Source of the DNA: Actinomycetota bacterium
Lineage (GTDB): Bacteria > Actinomycetota > Coriobacteriia > Anaerosomatales > JAUXNU01
Length of the DNA stretch: 64,000 nucleotides
Reading direction: 5' to 3'
Assembly (NCBI GenBank): GCA_030682655.1
Contig: JAUXNU010000045.1
Coordinates: 9,909 to 73,908 of the forward strand
Shown: positions 21,777 through 31,743 of the stretch, in pieces
Position numbering within the stretch: the stretch's first letter is position 1
Layout of the letters: each line of letters starts with the position of its first letter
Program-made: the position numbers and the translations under genes
The notes under the pieces: model-generated
The model's database searches: none
Told to the model about the DNA's origin: nothing
Seen by the model: only the letters and a program-made list of their open reading frames with translations

Positions 21777-21806
21777 GATCAGGCACTCTCCCGATTCAGT
21801 CGTCCG

Positions 21807-22508
21807 TCAGGCAAAGAATATCTGAAACACGGCGGTCGTGATGAGAAACCCCAGCAACGCGCCGAACATGACCTGAGGAATCGTGTGTGTCTCGCTCTCC
21901 ACGCGGCTCTGTGCCACGAGGCCCGCGATGAACAGGGCGAGTACGGCGGTCTTGGCGCTGTTGGTCGTGAAGGCGATCGCCGTCGCGGCTCCCACCGCAA
22001 GCGCCGTGTGGCCGGACGGCCATCCCCCGCGGAGGAACGATCCCTCGCGTGTCGCCGCCTTCACGACGACGACCGCCAGACTCGTGAGCACCAGCGCAAT
22101 CACGGTCAGACCTGCCGAAGACTGGCGCGCCAGCGTCAGTCCGTCCTCGGCGACCAGCGCGAGACGATCATAGAACACCACATAGCCGACGGCCACTGCG
22201 TTGATCGAGGCGATGAGCACGGCACCTGCCGCGACATCTTTCGCGACCTTGGCCATCGGGTCGAACCGGTCGATCGAAAGATCCACCGTCGCCTCGAGCG
22301 CGGTGTTTGCCAGCTCCGTCACGAGTACGAAGCCGATCGCGAACAGCAACGCGACGAGCTCCCAGCGTGCCACGTTGAGCACGAGCGCTCCGACCAGCAC
22401 TGTTGCTGCCGCGAGAGTGTGCAGCCGCATGTTGCGCTGGGTGCGTAGCGCGTAGACGATGCCGGCGATCGCATAATTGAAGCTCCATAGCAGCGACCTG
22501 CTCGTCAC
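21807..22508 (-). CDS. Fusion protein: DgkA-type lipid (diacylglycerol/undecaprenol) kinase + PAP2 phosphatase domain
   Basis: The N-terminal half SFNYAIAGIVYALRTQRNMRLH..VTELANTALEATVDL..AKDVAAGAVL is DgkA-like. The C-terminal half has PAP2 motifs WPSGHT and SRVESETHTIPQV. GTG start 22508 lies after the ybeY stop. Confidence 0.8.
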   Translation of the reverse strand: MTSRSLLWSFNYAIAGIVYALRTQRNMRLHTLAAATVLVGALVLNVARWELVALLFAIGFVLVTELANTALEATVDLSIDRFDPMAKVAKDVAAGAVLIASINAVAVGYVVFYDRLALVAEDGLTLARQSSAGLTVIALVLTSLAVVVVKAATREGSFLRGGWPSGHTALAVGAATAIAFTTNSAKTAVLALFIAGLVAQSRVESETHTIPQVMFGALLGFLITTAVFQIFFA

Positions 22509-22534
22509 GGATGCACCGTCTCCTCGTCCTACCG

Positions 22535-22981
22535 CTACAGGCTGTCCGCGTACGCGTCGAGAAGCTCCCGCTCGCGAGCCTCCATCGCAGCCGCGTCTTC
22601 CTCGGTGTCGTGCGTATAGCCGAGGAGATGCAGTATGCCGTGCACTACGAGGAGATTGAGCTCCTCTTCGACGGTGTGCCCGTACTCTTCGGCCTGCGTC
22701 TCGGCGACCTCTGGAGCGACGATCACGTCGCCGAGAGTGATCGGCTCGTCGCTGTCCACCGGGCACGGATCATCACACCCGAAGGACAACACGTCGGTTG
22801 GACCTTCGATGCCACGGTAGCCGGAGTTGAGCTTCGCCATCTCGGCGATCTCCACGACCGCCAGCGACAACTCGGCCTGCTCGGGTACGTCCTCGCGGTC
22901 GAGCACGAACGCCGCAAGGTTCTCGAAGGCCGCCAAGTCCAGCGGCTCAGGGTCGCGATGGCTCGTGATGCGGATTCGCAT
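22535..22981 (-). CDS. ybeY: Endoribonuclease YbeY (rRNA maturation)
   Basis: Metal site VVHGILHLLGYTHD. Start ATG 22981 (MRIRITS..). Confidence 0.92.
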   Translation of the reverse strand: MRIRITSHRDPEPLDLAAFENLAAFVLDREDVPEQAELSLAVVEIAEMAKLNSGYRGIEGPTDVLSFGCDDPCPVDSDEPITLGDVIVAPEVAETQAEEYGHTVEEELNLLVVHGILHLLGYTHDTEEDAAAMEARERELLDAYADSL

Positions 22982-25061
22982 GCTGGGCCTTCCTCGGAGT
23001 AGCGTCGGGATACTCGATGCGTGGATGGTACATGCTCGCAAGCATCCTGGAGTAGACCTTCACGATTCTCTCGATGTCAGCGAGAGTCAGCTGGGCGTCG
23101 ACAAGCTGTCCGTCGGCCACCTTCCCATCAACGATCTTGCGCACTGTCGCCTCGATGCGGGGCAATGTCGGCTTGCGAACCGCGCGTACGGCGGCCTCCG
23201 AGGAGTCGGCAAGCATCACCAGGGCCGCTTCCCGCGACTGCGGGCGCTCACCGTCGTAGCGGAAGTCCGCCTCGTAGACGGGGCCTTCGCCCTCAGCCGC
23301 CTTGCTGTAGAAGTAGGACACCAGAGAGGTGCCGTGGTGTTGCCTGATGATGTCGACGATCTCTCGCGGCAGCCCGTGCTGTTCTGCCAGCTCAAGCCCC
23401 TCACGAACGTGCGCGGTGATGATGAGCGCGGAGAGGTTCGGCGCCGTGGAGTCATGGGGATTCTCCGAACCGGCCTGGTTCTCGACGAAGAATCCCGGCC
23501 GTCGCGACTTGCCGATGTCGTGATAGTAGGCCCCGACGCGCGCAAGCAACGGATTCGCCGAGATAGCCTCGGCAGCAGCCTCGGCGAGGTTGCCTGTCAT
23601 CACCGAGTGGCTGTACGTTCCGGGCGCCTTGGTCATTAGCTCCCGCATCAACGGATGCCCAGGACTGCCGAGTTCGAGAAGCCGGATGTCGGTGGTCACG
23701 CCGAAGATGTGCTCGAAGAACGGCAGGAGCCCATAGCCAAGGACCGCGGATATCATCCCGCCGAGGGAGGCCCAGCCAGCCGCAGTCAATGCCTCCTGCA
23801 ACTGAACACCTCCCGCGAGGGAGGCGATGAATCCGATCGCCATGCCCGATCCGACCAGATACGAGCCCACATAGAACAGACGCCGCCGATCCGTCATGAA
23901 CGCCATTGCCACAACTGCAGAGAGGCTCCATACCAGCATCGAAACGACCGCCGAACCGCCTGAGAACCCGAGCAAGACCGCGGAGAGCGACGTGATGATA
24001 GCGACCAGCATTCCTTCACGGGGGCCGATCAGCAGGGTTGCGAGCATCGCTGCAAGTGGAATCGGGAAGACGTACACGGAAAGTTCCGGAACGATCCACA
24101 GCATCCCGCGTGTGATCCAAACCATGCCGACCAGCAGCACCGATATGATCACAAGATCGCGGAAGCGCTCCCACACCCCGGGGTCATAGCGCCACACGAA
24201 CGTTCCGGCGACAGCGACCATCGACGCGAACAGGGTGACTAGAGCCGCCAAAGAGCCGAAGGACCCGCCCTGCTCGAGCAGTCCAAGGCGCCGAACGATC
24301 TCTATCTGCTCCGCTGATACGATCTCGCCACGCTGGACGATATTCTCACCGGCCTGCTTCACGATCACGACCGCGTCGAGACCATCAGCGGCGGCCTCGC
24401 GCGCTGCCACTGTTGCCGCCGGGTCCACGGCCACGGTGGGTCGAATCGACTGCTCGATGACGCCTGCAATCATCTTCCGAACCGCGGCATCATACGGCAT
24501 CGAATCGGCGCTCTCGCGCATCTGGGCTATGGCGGACTCGATCTCATCGGCGGTGAATCGGCGCGACAGGACGGTCGTCACAAGCTGCTCCGAGGAAACG
24601 CGTACCTGCTGCAGCGTCACTTCGTCGAGACCGACGGCCGTCTCGATCCAGGCCTGCTCGTATGCCGCAAGCTCCCCGTGAAGGGCAGCTATTGTCGCGG
24701 TGGTGCTCTGGCCGTGCTGTGCCTTGGCACCCACGACATCGTCGTAGAACCCGCGAATCTCCCCTCGAGCATTCGTCAGTGCGGTCGCATCAAAGACCGT
24801 GACTGGCTTCACGGACGCGGCTGCCTCATCGCGCGCGTCCCGAGTGGCGATCTCGTCGATGAACTGCACCGTCCGATTGGCGCGGAATGTACGTGGCGCC
24901 GGGGCTCCCTCGGTGAGTCCGACGGGGGGCGTTTGCACTACGAGTGGGCCCGAGGCAATCGCAATCACAGCGAAGCCCAGCGCTACGCGTTGCGCAAGCG
25001 CACTGCGAAGTGGGCCTCTGGTCGGAGCGAGGCGCATCAGTCTGTCCAGAAGGCTAGCCAT
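22947..25061 (-). CDS. pgpH: 7TM-receptor HD-domain phosphohydrolase (PgpH/YqfF-like cyclic-di-AMP phosphodiesterase)
   Basis: Extracellular N-domain, seven hydrophobic helices, and a C-terminal HD domain HSVMTGNLAEAAA..YYHDIGKSRRPGFFVENQ..HHG. Conserved phoH-pgpH-ybeY order. Confidence 0.85.
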   Translation of the reverse strand: MASLLDRLMRLAPTRGPLRSALAQRVALGFAVIAIASGPLVVQTPPVGLTEGAPAPRTFRANRTVQFIDEIATRDARDEAAASVKPVTVFDATALTNARGEIRGFYDDVVGAKAQHGQSTTATIAALHGELAAYEQAWIETAVGLDEVTLQQVRVSSEQLVTTVLSRRFTADEIESAIAQMRESADSMPYDAAVRKMIAGVIEQSIRPTVAVDPAATVAAREAAADGLDAVVIVKQAGENIVQRGEIVSAEQIEIVRRLGLLEQGGSFGSLAALVTLFASMVAVAGTFVWRYDPGVWERFRDLVIISVLLVGMVWITRGMLWIVPELSVYVFPIPLAAMLATLLIGPREGMLVAIITSLSAVLLGFSGGSAVVSMLVWSLSAVVAMAFMTDRRRLFYVGSYLVGSGMAIGFIASLAGGVQLQEALTAAGWASLGGMISAVLGYGLLPFFEHIFGVTTDIRLLELGSPGHPLMRELMTKAPGTYSHSVMTGNLAEAAAEAISANPLLARVGAYYHDIGKSRRPGFFVENQAGSENPHDSTAPNLSALIITAHVREGLELAEQHGLPREIVDIIRQHHGTSLVSYFYSKAAEGEGPVYEADFRYDGERPQSREAALVMLADSSEAAVRAVRKPTLPRIEATVRKIVDGKVADGQLVDAQLTLADIERIVKVYSRMLASMYHPRIEYPDATPRKAQHANPHHEPSRP

Positions 25062-26052
25062 GACGGCGTTCCGCCTTCGCCTCCTCATACTCGCCGTACG
25101 CCGTGACGATGCGTTGCACTAGCTTGTGACGGACGACATCGCGCGCACCAAGCTCGACGAATTCGAGGTCCGGAATGCCCTGCAGGATTCCGCGCACCTG
25201 CTTCAGGCCCGAGGCGCCGTTGGGCAGATCCACCTGAGTGACGTCGCCGGTGATCACGACCTTGCTGCCGAAACCGAGTCGGGTCAGGAACATCTTCATC
25301 TGCTCCGGACTCGTGTTCTGCGCTTCGTCGAGAATGATGAAGCTGTCGTTCAGGGTGCGTCCGCGCATGAACGCAAGCGGCGCAACCTCGATCACCCCAC
25401 GGTCCATCAGCTGCTGCGACTTGTCTACATCCATCATGTCGAACAACGCATCGTAAAGCGGCCGCAGGTATGGATCGACCTTCTCGAACAGCGTCCCCGG
25501 CAGGTAGCCGAGCGACTCGCCCGCCTCGACAGCAGGACGCGTGAGGATGACCCTGCCCATCTCGCGCTTCTTGAGCGCCTCGACGGCCATCGCCATAGCG
25601 AGATATGTCTTGCCGGTGCCGGCAGGACCGATTCCGAACGTGACGGTGTTGGAGCGAATCGCGTCAACATAGCGTTTCTGCCCCGCGGTCTTCGGCCTGA
25701 TGGTTGTGCCTTTGTGAGCCAGTATCACGTCAGACGCAAGCGACGAGGGCGTGCATTCGCCGTCGCGCATCATCTCGATGGAGCGTTCGACGCCCTCCTC
25801 GGTCAGGTGCTCACCGCGCTCAACGAGCGTGATCATCTCTGCAAAGAGCGACGACACCGCCTGACCTTCGGTCGGCAGGCCTGTGATGGTGATCTGGTTC
25901 CCGCGTACGGATATCTGCGACTCGAACTGGTCTTCGATCACCCGGAGCAGGTTGTCGCTCTGTCCGAGCAGTTCGGTCATATTCAGTTCGGGCGGGACAA
26001 CGAGCCGTATCTGAGTCGGTTCCACCAAGCGAGCACCTCTTGTCATGGGCAT
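25054..26052 (-). CDS. phoH: PhoH-like ATPase
   Basis: Walker A GPAGTGKTYLAMA, Walker B FIILDEAQN, ITGDVTQVDLP. The track's long N-terminal extension (to 26535) overlaps mtaB and was trimmed to ATG 26052. Confidence 0.9.
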   Translation of the reverse strand: MPMTRGARLVEPTQIRLVVPPELNMTELLGQSDNLLRVIEDQFESQISVRGNQITITGLPTEGQAVSSLFAEMITLVERGEHLTEEGVERSIEMMRDGECTPSSLASDVILAHKGTTIRPKTAGQKRYVDAIRSNTVTFGIGPAGTGKTYLAMAMAVEALKKREMGRVILTRPAVEAGESLGYLPGTLFEKVDPYLRPLYDALFDMMDVDKSQQLMDRGVIEVAPLAFMRGRTLNDSFIILDEAQNTSPEQMKMFLTRLGFGSKVVITGDVTQVDLPNGASGLKQVRGILQGIPDLEFVELGARDVVRHKLVQRIVTAYGEYEEAKAERRHG

Positions 26053-26137
26053 GCCATCCACTCCACCCTCACCGGTGACAGCACGGCACGCACCTGCCAT
26101 TTGCTGCGATTCTACCACCCTTGGCCGGTCTTCCCCG

Positions 26138-27493
26138 CTAAAGCGCCCTGCCAAGGAGTTCCGCATCCACTCCACGCCCGACGATTTCGACCTCGACGAT
26201 ATCGCCGGCGCACGCCTCCGAACGCTCGATCTCGACGCGTGCGTAGTCTCGCGTCGTTCCGATGCGGCGCCGCCGCACGGTGTCGTCGACCGTCGTCTCT
26301 TCGACGAGCACTTCGGCATGTGCGCCGACCATCGCGCCGAGCGCAGCATCCCGCAGACGGAGGCCAACCTCCCGTAGCCCGCGTGCCCTGCGCGACCGCT
26401 CGCCCGGGTCCACCTGTCCGTCCATTTGCGCGGCAACGGTTCCGGCGCGGGCCGAGTATCTGAAGACGTGCAGCTTCGAGAACCCGATGTGCTCGCAGAA
26501 CTGCCGGGTAGCGGCAGCTTCGGCCACGCTTTCACCGGGAAGCCCCGCGATCACGTCTGTCGTCACCGCCAGTCCGGGCAGAGCTTCACGCGCCGCAGCG
26601 ACACGCGCCTCGTACTCATGGGCGGTGTAGCCCCGGCCCATCCGCCGAAGAACCGCATCGCTACCGCTCTGCAATGGCACGTGCAGGTGAGCGCATGTCG
26701 CCGGAGTCTCGCTCAGAGCTGCAAGCAGCTCATCGTCCAGGTCTAGCGGTTCTATGCTGGACAGACGTATCCGCGGGATTCCGGTTTCGGCAACAGCGCG
26801 GTACAGCCCGGCGAGTCCGCCGGGGGCATCGTCGTACTTGCCGATGTTGATACCGGTCAGGACGATCTCCCGCGTCCCGGCTCGGACAAGCTGCCGCACA
26901 CGCCCGATCACGTCACCGATGGCAACCGAGCGGGGTACACCGCGGGCGAACGGGACGACGCAGTACGCACAGAAAGCATCGCAGCCGTCCTGCACCTTCA
27001 CCATTGCCCGCGTGTGGAAGACCGTCTGGGCGGGTGGCCGTATGTCCACCGCCCCGGCCCCAGTGTCCGCACCTGCCGCTCCTCCGACGTTCGCGACATC
27101 ACCCAGCAGACGCGCCACGCGCTCTCCGACCCGCGAGCTGTCCGGCTCCACCATCACGCGCTCGCCAAGGGCGGTGATTCCCTCCGCGTCCAGCGCGGCA
27201 AGACACCCTGTTACGACAACCACGGGAGCCATGCGAGATTGCAGCGCATGCCGAACGATCTTGCGCACCTTGCGATCGGCTTCGGCGGTGACGGTGCACG
27301 AATTGACGACGACGATCCGCGCCTCGTCCTCGGCAGTCAGCACGCACCCCATGCCAAGGAGACTCGATGCGATGGTTTCGGATTCGACCTGATTGACCTT
27401 GCACCCGAGGGTGCGCAGCGAGACAGGGACGGCGGCCGGGGGCCGGACCGAATGACCGGTCTGGGTGGAGGAGCTGGCGAACGACTCAGCCAC
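26138..27493 (-). CDS. mtaB: Radical-SAM methylthiotransferase, MtaB-like (MiaB family)
   Basis: N-terminal UPF0004 LRTLGCKVNQVESE, radical SAM CDAFCAYC, and a C-terminal TRAM-like end. Start is uncertain: GTG 27493 or ATG 27523. Confidence 0.85.
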   Translation of the reverse strand: MAESFASSSTQTGHSVRPPAAVPVSLRTLGCKVNQVESETIASSLLGMGCVLTAEDEARIVVVNSCTVTAEADRKVRKIVRHALQSRMAPVVVVTGCLAALDAEGITALGERVMVEPDSSRVGERVARLLGDVANVGGAAGADTGAGAVDIRPPAQTVFHTRAMVKVQDGCDAFCAYCVVPFARGVPRSVAIGDVIGRVRQLVRAGTREIVLTGINIGKYDDAPGGLAGLYRAVAETGIPRIRLSSIEPLDLDDELLAALSETPATCAHLHVPLQSGSDAVLRRMGRGYTAHEYEARVAAAREALPGLAVTTDVIAGLPGESVAEAAATRQFCEHIGFSKLHVFRYSARAGTVAAQMDGQVDPGERSRRARGLREVGLRLRDAALGAMVGAHAEVLVEETTVDDTVRRRRIGTTRDYARVEIERSEACAGDIVEVEIVGRGVDAELLGRAL

Positions 27494-28259
27494 GAGACCG
27501 GCCCCCGAGCCCGCCAATCTCATAAACGCACAACGCGACTGCGAGGATACCGGCTGTTTCGGATCTCAGTATGTTTCTTCCAAGGAAGACCGGCAGGGCC
27601 CCCGCGTCCACGAGCGTACGCACCTCATCGGGGGTCATTCCGCCCTCCGGCCCGACCACCACGGCGATACGCGATCTGGCGTGCGCACCGGCAGAAGCAA
27701 GTGCTTCGCCGACCCCGGGCGCGTCCGCAGCGTCCTCGGCGGTGACAAGTACCACGTCGTAGGCGGGAATCTGCTCGACGAAGACTGCAAGCGGCTGCGG
27801 ATCGTGAATGCGCGGGATCGTGGAACGTTGCGACTGCTGCGCTGCGGCACGGGCGACACGCCGCCAACGCTCGCCGCGATCGTGGGTCTTCTCCCCGTCC
27901 AGTCTCACGACACTGCGAGCCGTGAGCACGGGCACCACGGCCTCGACACCGATCTCGGTCGTCTTCTCCACGACGAGATCGATCTTGGCCCCCTTGGCCA
28001 GCCCCTGCACGAGCGTCACGCGCCACGCAGGATCCTCGTCAAGACGCAGTAGGCGCAAGCCCTCGACACCGGCACGATCAACGCGAGATACCTCGACCTC
28101 CCACGCGGTCCCGTCCGGATCCACAACCGCGATGCGCTCTCCAACGCGGACGCGCGCAACGTCGGCCAGATGATGCCGGTCGGCATCGGCAAGCGGGATC
28201 TCGACAGGGCCATCGCCTTCGGGAAGGGCAGCCCCAAGGAAGAATCGGTGTGGCGACAT
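27486..28259 (-). CDS. rsmE: 16S rRNA (uracil1498-N3)-methyltransferase
   Basis: MSPHRFFL N-terminus, PUA-like domain, and a C-terminal SPOUT knot GPEGGMTPDEV..LGRNILRSETA. ATG 28259 shares a T with the dnaJ stop. Confidence 0.88.
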   Translation of the reverse strand: MSPHRFFLGAALPEGDGPVEIPLADADRHHLADVARVRVGERIAVVDPDGTAWEVEVSRVDRAGVEGLRLLRLDEDPAWRVTLVQGLAKGAKIDLVVEKTTEIGVEAVVPVLTARSVVRLDGEKTHDRGERWRRVARAAAQQSQRSTIPRIHDPQPLAVFVEQIPAYDVVLVTAEDAADAPGVGEALASAGAHARSRIAVVVGPEGGMTPDEVRTLVDAGALPVFLGRNILRSETAGILAVALCVYEIGGLGGRSRG

Positions 28260-29377
28260 CAGCCCGTCAGCCACTCCTTGAGTTTCTGGATCGTTGAGCG
28301 GCGCTCGGGATCGCCCAGTGACTCACCGAGTTCGCCCAGCAGCTCCTTCTGGCGCTTGCTGAGCTTGCGAGGGACCTCGACCGCCACGTGCACGATCAGG
28401 TCTCCCCTGCCGCCACCGCGAACACGAGGCATTCCGTGACCACGGAGCCTCACCGTCTCGCCATGCTGACTGCCCGCAGGGATGCTTGCATGCGTGTCCG
28501 GGTCGAAACCGCACACGTCGATGTCAGCCCCGAGCGATGCGGCAGCGATGCTGATGCTGGCGCGGCAGTGCAGGTCGTCTCCCTGTCTGTGCAGGAACTC
28601 GTGCTCGGCGACGCGCACGTTCACGATGAGATCGCCGGGGGCTGCCCCTCGGATCCCGGCCTCACCCTTGCCGCGCACGCGCAGCTGCATACCATCGGCC
28701 ACGCCCGCCGGTATCTTTACTGGCACGTGCTCGCGGTCGGGGACGCGGCCCTGGCCCTGGCATTCCGGACACGGATCGGCAACGACCACACCCGTCCCCG
28801 AGCACCGGTCGCACGGCGTGAGGGTCTGCATCGTGCCGAGGAATGTCTTGCGATACGTCTGCTTCTGACCCGAGCCGCCACACTCGGGACAGCTCTCCGG
28901 CCCGTGCGAACTGACCGATCCGGTCGCACCGCAATCGTCGCATCCGACAAGACGATTGAGAACGATCTCCTTCGTGACACCGGCGAATGCCTCGTCAAGC
29001 GTGACGGTGAGAGACGCGACCACATCGCGACCTTCCATCCGAACGCGGCGTCCTCCCCCACCCATGCCACCGAAGAAGACCGAGAACAGGTCCTCCATGC
29101 CGAAGCCGGCAAACACGTCGCCGAAATCGGCCCCGCCCATGCCGCCCGCGCGCGGGTCCGCGGTGCCGTACGTGTCGTAGGTCTGCCGACGCTGCGGGTC
29201 GGACAGCACGTCGTAGGCCTCGTTGATGCTCTTGAAGCGCTCCTCGGCGTCGGGCTCGGGGCTCACGTCCGGATGCGTTTCGCGCGCCTTGCGGCGAAAT
29301 GCCTTCTTGATATCGGACTCGGACGCATCCTTCGCCACACCGAGGATCTCGTAGTAGTTCTTCGTACCTGCAGACAC
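28259..29377 (-). CDS. dnaJ: Molecular chaperone DnaJ
   Basis: J domain YYEILGV..HPD, Gly-rich linker, and four CxxCxGxG zinc motifs (CDDCGATG, CPECGGSG, CDRCSGTG, CPECQGQG). Confidence 0.95.
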   Translation of the reverse strand: MSAGTKNYYEILGVAKDASESDIKKAFRRKARETHPDVSPEPDAEERFKSINEAYDVLSDPQRRQTYDTYGTADPRAGGMGGADFGDVFAGFGMEDLFSVFFGGMGGGGRRVRMEGRDVVASLTVTLDEAFAGVTKEIVLNRLVGCDDCGATGSVSSHGPESCPECGGSGQKQTYRKTFLGTMQTLTPCDRCSGTGVVVADPCPECQGQGRVPDREHVPVKIPAGVADGMQLRVRGKGEAGIRGAAPGDLIVNVRVAEHEFLHRQGDDLHCRASISIAAASLGADIDVCGFDPDTHASIPAGSQHGETVRLRGHGMPRVRGGGRGDLIVHVAVEVPRKLSKRQKELLGELGESLGDPERRSTIQKLKEWLTG

Positions 29378-29427
29378 GTCAGCGTTGTCCCTTCGGGTTC
29401 GCGTCGATCAAGCGGCTTCGTCCCGGC

Positions 29428-30441
29428 CTAGCCGAGGACGTCTTCCAGACCCTCCGCGGCGGCGCGGACCGCAGCGATACTCCGGGTGTAGTCCATCCGG
29501 GTGGGGCCGATGACCCCGATCACCCCGTCGGCAGACGGCGTGGCGTACGTGGTAGCAACGAGGCTCATGCCCCCAAGCTCACTGCGCCGATTCTCGCTGC
29601 CGATGCTTACCGTTAGTCCCGTCGCCTGCATCGTTTCCGACAGAGTGTCCAGCATCGCCAGGCCGTCTTCAAGCAGGCCGAGGAGCGGGCGCAGTCTCGC
29701 TGACTCGGCGAACTCGGGAAGCGCAAGAAGCTCTGGCACGCCGACATGGTACAGGCGGTCCCGGTCTGCTTCTTCGAGGCACTCCAGCAGCTCCTCCATG
29801 ACGCCGGCCACGACACCGTCGCCCGGGCGAGCCGGGTCCAGCGCCTCGCGCAACGAGCGAACCTCGGAGGCCCGTTTGCCCGCAAGCGCGGCGTTGATGG
29901 CGACCTCGACCTGGCTGAACCGCTCCTGAGAAGTCTCCTCGGCCAGCTCGATATGGCGGTTCACGACCTGGCCGCTCTCGGTGATCAGCACGACGAGCGC
30001 GCGGGTGGGCGACATCGACACGAGGTCGATGCGGCGCACTGTCGCGAGCGAAACTGTCGGAGCGAGCACGACGGCGACGTAGTGCGTCAGGTGCGAAAGC
30101 ATCGTCGAGGTCTGGCGCATGAGGTCGTCGATCTCTCCGGCGAGCCGCGCGTAGCGCTGCGTCATCTCCCTCGCGCCGAGACTGCTGGCTGCTGCGCTGT
30201 CCTGCAGGATGTCGTCGACGAACTCACGGTAGCCGAGGTCGGTCGGAATTCGCCCGCTCGAAACATGCGGCTGGTAGACGTAGCCGGTCTCTTCGAGCGC
30301 TGCAAGTTCGTTGCGCACAGTCGCCGGACTGCAATCCAGCCGGTGCCTGTCGACCAGGCTCCGGGAGCCCACGGGCTGCCCGCTGTGTATGTACTCTTCG
30401 ACAAGTGCCTGCAGCACGTGCCGGCGTCTTTCGTTCAACAT
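29428..30441 (-). CDS. hrcA: Heat-inducible transcription repressor HrcA
   Basis: LNERRRHVLQALVEEYIHSGQPVGSRSL..SPATVRNELAALEETGY. A CIRCE operator lies 14 nt upstream. Confidence 0.93.
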   Translation of the reverse strand: MLNERRRHVLQALVEEYIHSGQPVGSRSLVDRHRLDCSPATVRNELAALEETGYVYQPHVSSGRIPTDLGYREFVDDILQDSAAASSLGAREMTQRYARLAGEIDDLMRQTSTMLSHLTHYVAVVLAPTVSLATVRRIDLVSMSPTRALVVLITESGQVVNRHIELAEETSQERFSQVEVAINAALAGKRASEVRSLREALDPARPGDGVVAGVMEELLECLEEADRDRLYHVGVPELLALPEFAESARLRPLLGLLEDGLAMLDTLSETMQATGLTVSIGSENRRSELGGMSLVATTYATPSADGVIGVIGPTRMDYTRSIAAVRAAAEGLEDVLG

Positions 30442-30455
30442 CCAGGTTCACCTCA

Positions 30456-30482
30456 CTAGCACTCGATTATAACGAGTGCTAA
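30456..30482 (-). promoter_or_regulatory. CIRCE operator (HrcA binding site)
   Basis: Minus-strand reading is TTAGCACTC-GTTATAATC-GAGTGCTAG. That is 17/18 matches to consensus TTAGCACTC-N9-GAGTGCTAA. The spacer contains TATAAT. Confidence 0.9.
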
Positions 30483-30513
30483 CGGCCGTGGCGAAAGGCC
30501 AACCCGATGCATG

Positions 30514-31743
30514 CTACTCCTGCGTCCACACCCTGCGAAAGACCTCGTTGCCAAGGAGCCAGCCGCGCCTTGTCGTCCGCCAGCGCCGCTCGTCCCGCTG
30601 ATCGTCGACGGCCTCGAGCAGATCCTGCGAGGCGAGCGACTCGACAACGCTGTCCAACCGGGCGCCGTGAATCGCCGACGCAGGCACCCCTCGCACGAGC
30701 CGAAGACCCAGCATGACGTCTTCGCGGCGCGCTTCGTCTTCGGACAACGTCTCGATCTCCGGCGGGTCGCGCTGAAGCAGCCACGCCTCGAAGTCCGCAG
30801 CGTAGGCATAGCGGACACGCGACGTTCCCACCGGCAGCTGCGGCCCTGCCACGAGCCCGACCGCCCGTGCGGTCGCCGCATCGAGCATGCCGTGTGCGGC
30901 GGGACCCACGCCCAGGTAGCTATGACCGGTCCAGTACGCGAGATTGTGCGCGGACTCATGCCCCGGGACGGCGTAGTTGGCGACTTCGTAGCGCTCGATG
31001 CCTGCCAACGCCAGCGCTTCCTCGGCCAGCACCATCATCTCTGCGGCCATGTCGGGATCGGGCTCATCCAGCAGACCGCTGTCGCAGGCCACGGCCAGCG
31101 GCGTGCCCTCCTCAAGCGTCAGCGGGTAGACCGAGATGTGCCGGGCGCCCGTGCGCACCGCACGGTCGAGCGTCTCTACCCACGATGACACGCTCTGCCC
31201 GGGCACTCCGCACATCAGGTCGATCGAGAGATCGAGTCCGGCATCGAGCACGGTCTCACACGCCTCCTGCGCCTGCTGCACGTCATGAGCCCTGCCAAGG
31301 ACCCTCAAGCTGTGGTCGTCAAAGGACTGCACGCCCACGCTGATGCGCGTGACCCCTACCCCGCGCAGCGCACGCGCGACGCTCGAGTCAAGCGAGTCCG
31401 GGTTCGCTTCAACCGTGATCTCTGCACCAGCGCGAAGCGGGATCTCGTCAACGAGGTTCCCCAGAACATCCCTGAGATGAGGCATGGCGAATGTGGGGGT
31501 TCCGCCACCCACGTACACGGTCTCGAGCACGCCCGGAAGTCCGCTTTGCACCCACCGGTGCACCTCTGTCTCAAGCCCTAGCAAGACCGCGTCGACGTCT
31601 GCTCGTGCGGGGTCGGAAACCGAGTAGAAGTCGCAGTACGAGCACTTTGAGCGGCAGAAAGGCACGTGAAGGTAGACGTGGGAGGGCAGGCGCGGTCCCG
31701 CGAGCTCCCCTGCGAGGTCCGACGTATCGGGCCCGCTACTCAT
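30514..31743 (-). CDS. hemW: Radical-SAM heme chaperone HemW (HemN-like oxygen-independent coproporphyrinogen oxidase family)
   Basis: [16 protein letters not shown] radical-SAM cluster and GGGTP motif. Conserved lepA-hemW-hrcA order. Confidence 0.88.
   Translation of the reverse strand: MSSGPDTSDLAGELAGPRLPSHVYLHVPFCRSKCSYCDFYSVSDPARADVDAVLLGLETEVHRWVQSGLPGVLETVYVGGGTPTFAMPHLRDVLGNLVDEIPLRAGAEITVEANPDSLDSSVARALRGVGVTRISVGVQSFDDHSLRVLGRAHDVQQAQEACETVLDAGLDLSIDLMCGVPGQSVSSWVETLDRAVRTGARHISVYPLTLEEGTPLAVACDSGLLDEPDPDMAAEMMVLAEEALALAGIERYEVANYAVPGHESAHNLAYWTGHSYLGVGPAAHGMLDAATARAVGLVAGPQLPVGTSRVRYAYAADFEAWLLQRDPPEIETLSEDEARREDVMLGLRLVRGVPASAIHGARLDSVVESLASQDLLEAVDDQRDERRWRTTRRGWLLGNEVFRRVWTQE

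Noticed and set aside
25054-26535. N-terminal extensions of track ORFs. Examples: PhoH to 26535, LeuS to 40887, HppA to 8972, RpoD to 4861, Era to 20145, ThiM to 55051, RplU to 63654, DgkA-PAP2 to 22766.
   Set aside because: The extensions overlap the upstream gene, are Arg/Ser/Pro-rich junk, and start well before the conserved family N-termini. Internal ATG/GTG/TTG starts with plausible RBSs, or stop-start overlaps, fit better.
30483-30513. Terminator between hemW and the CIRCE element.
   Set aside because: Only a 4-bp GGCC/GGCC stem could be drawn and there is no U-tract. That is not enough to call.
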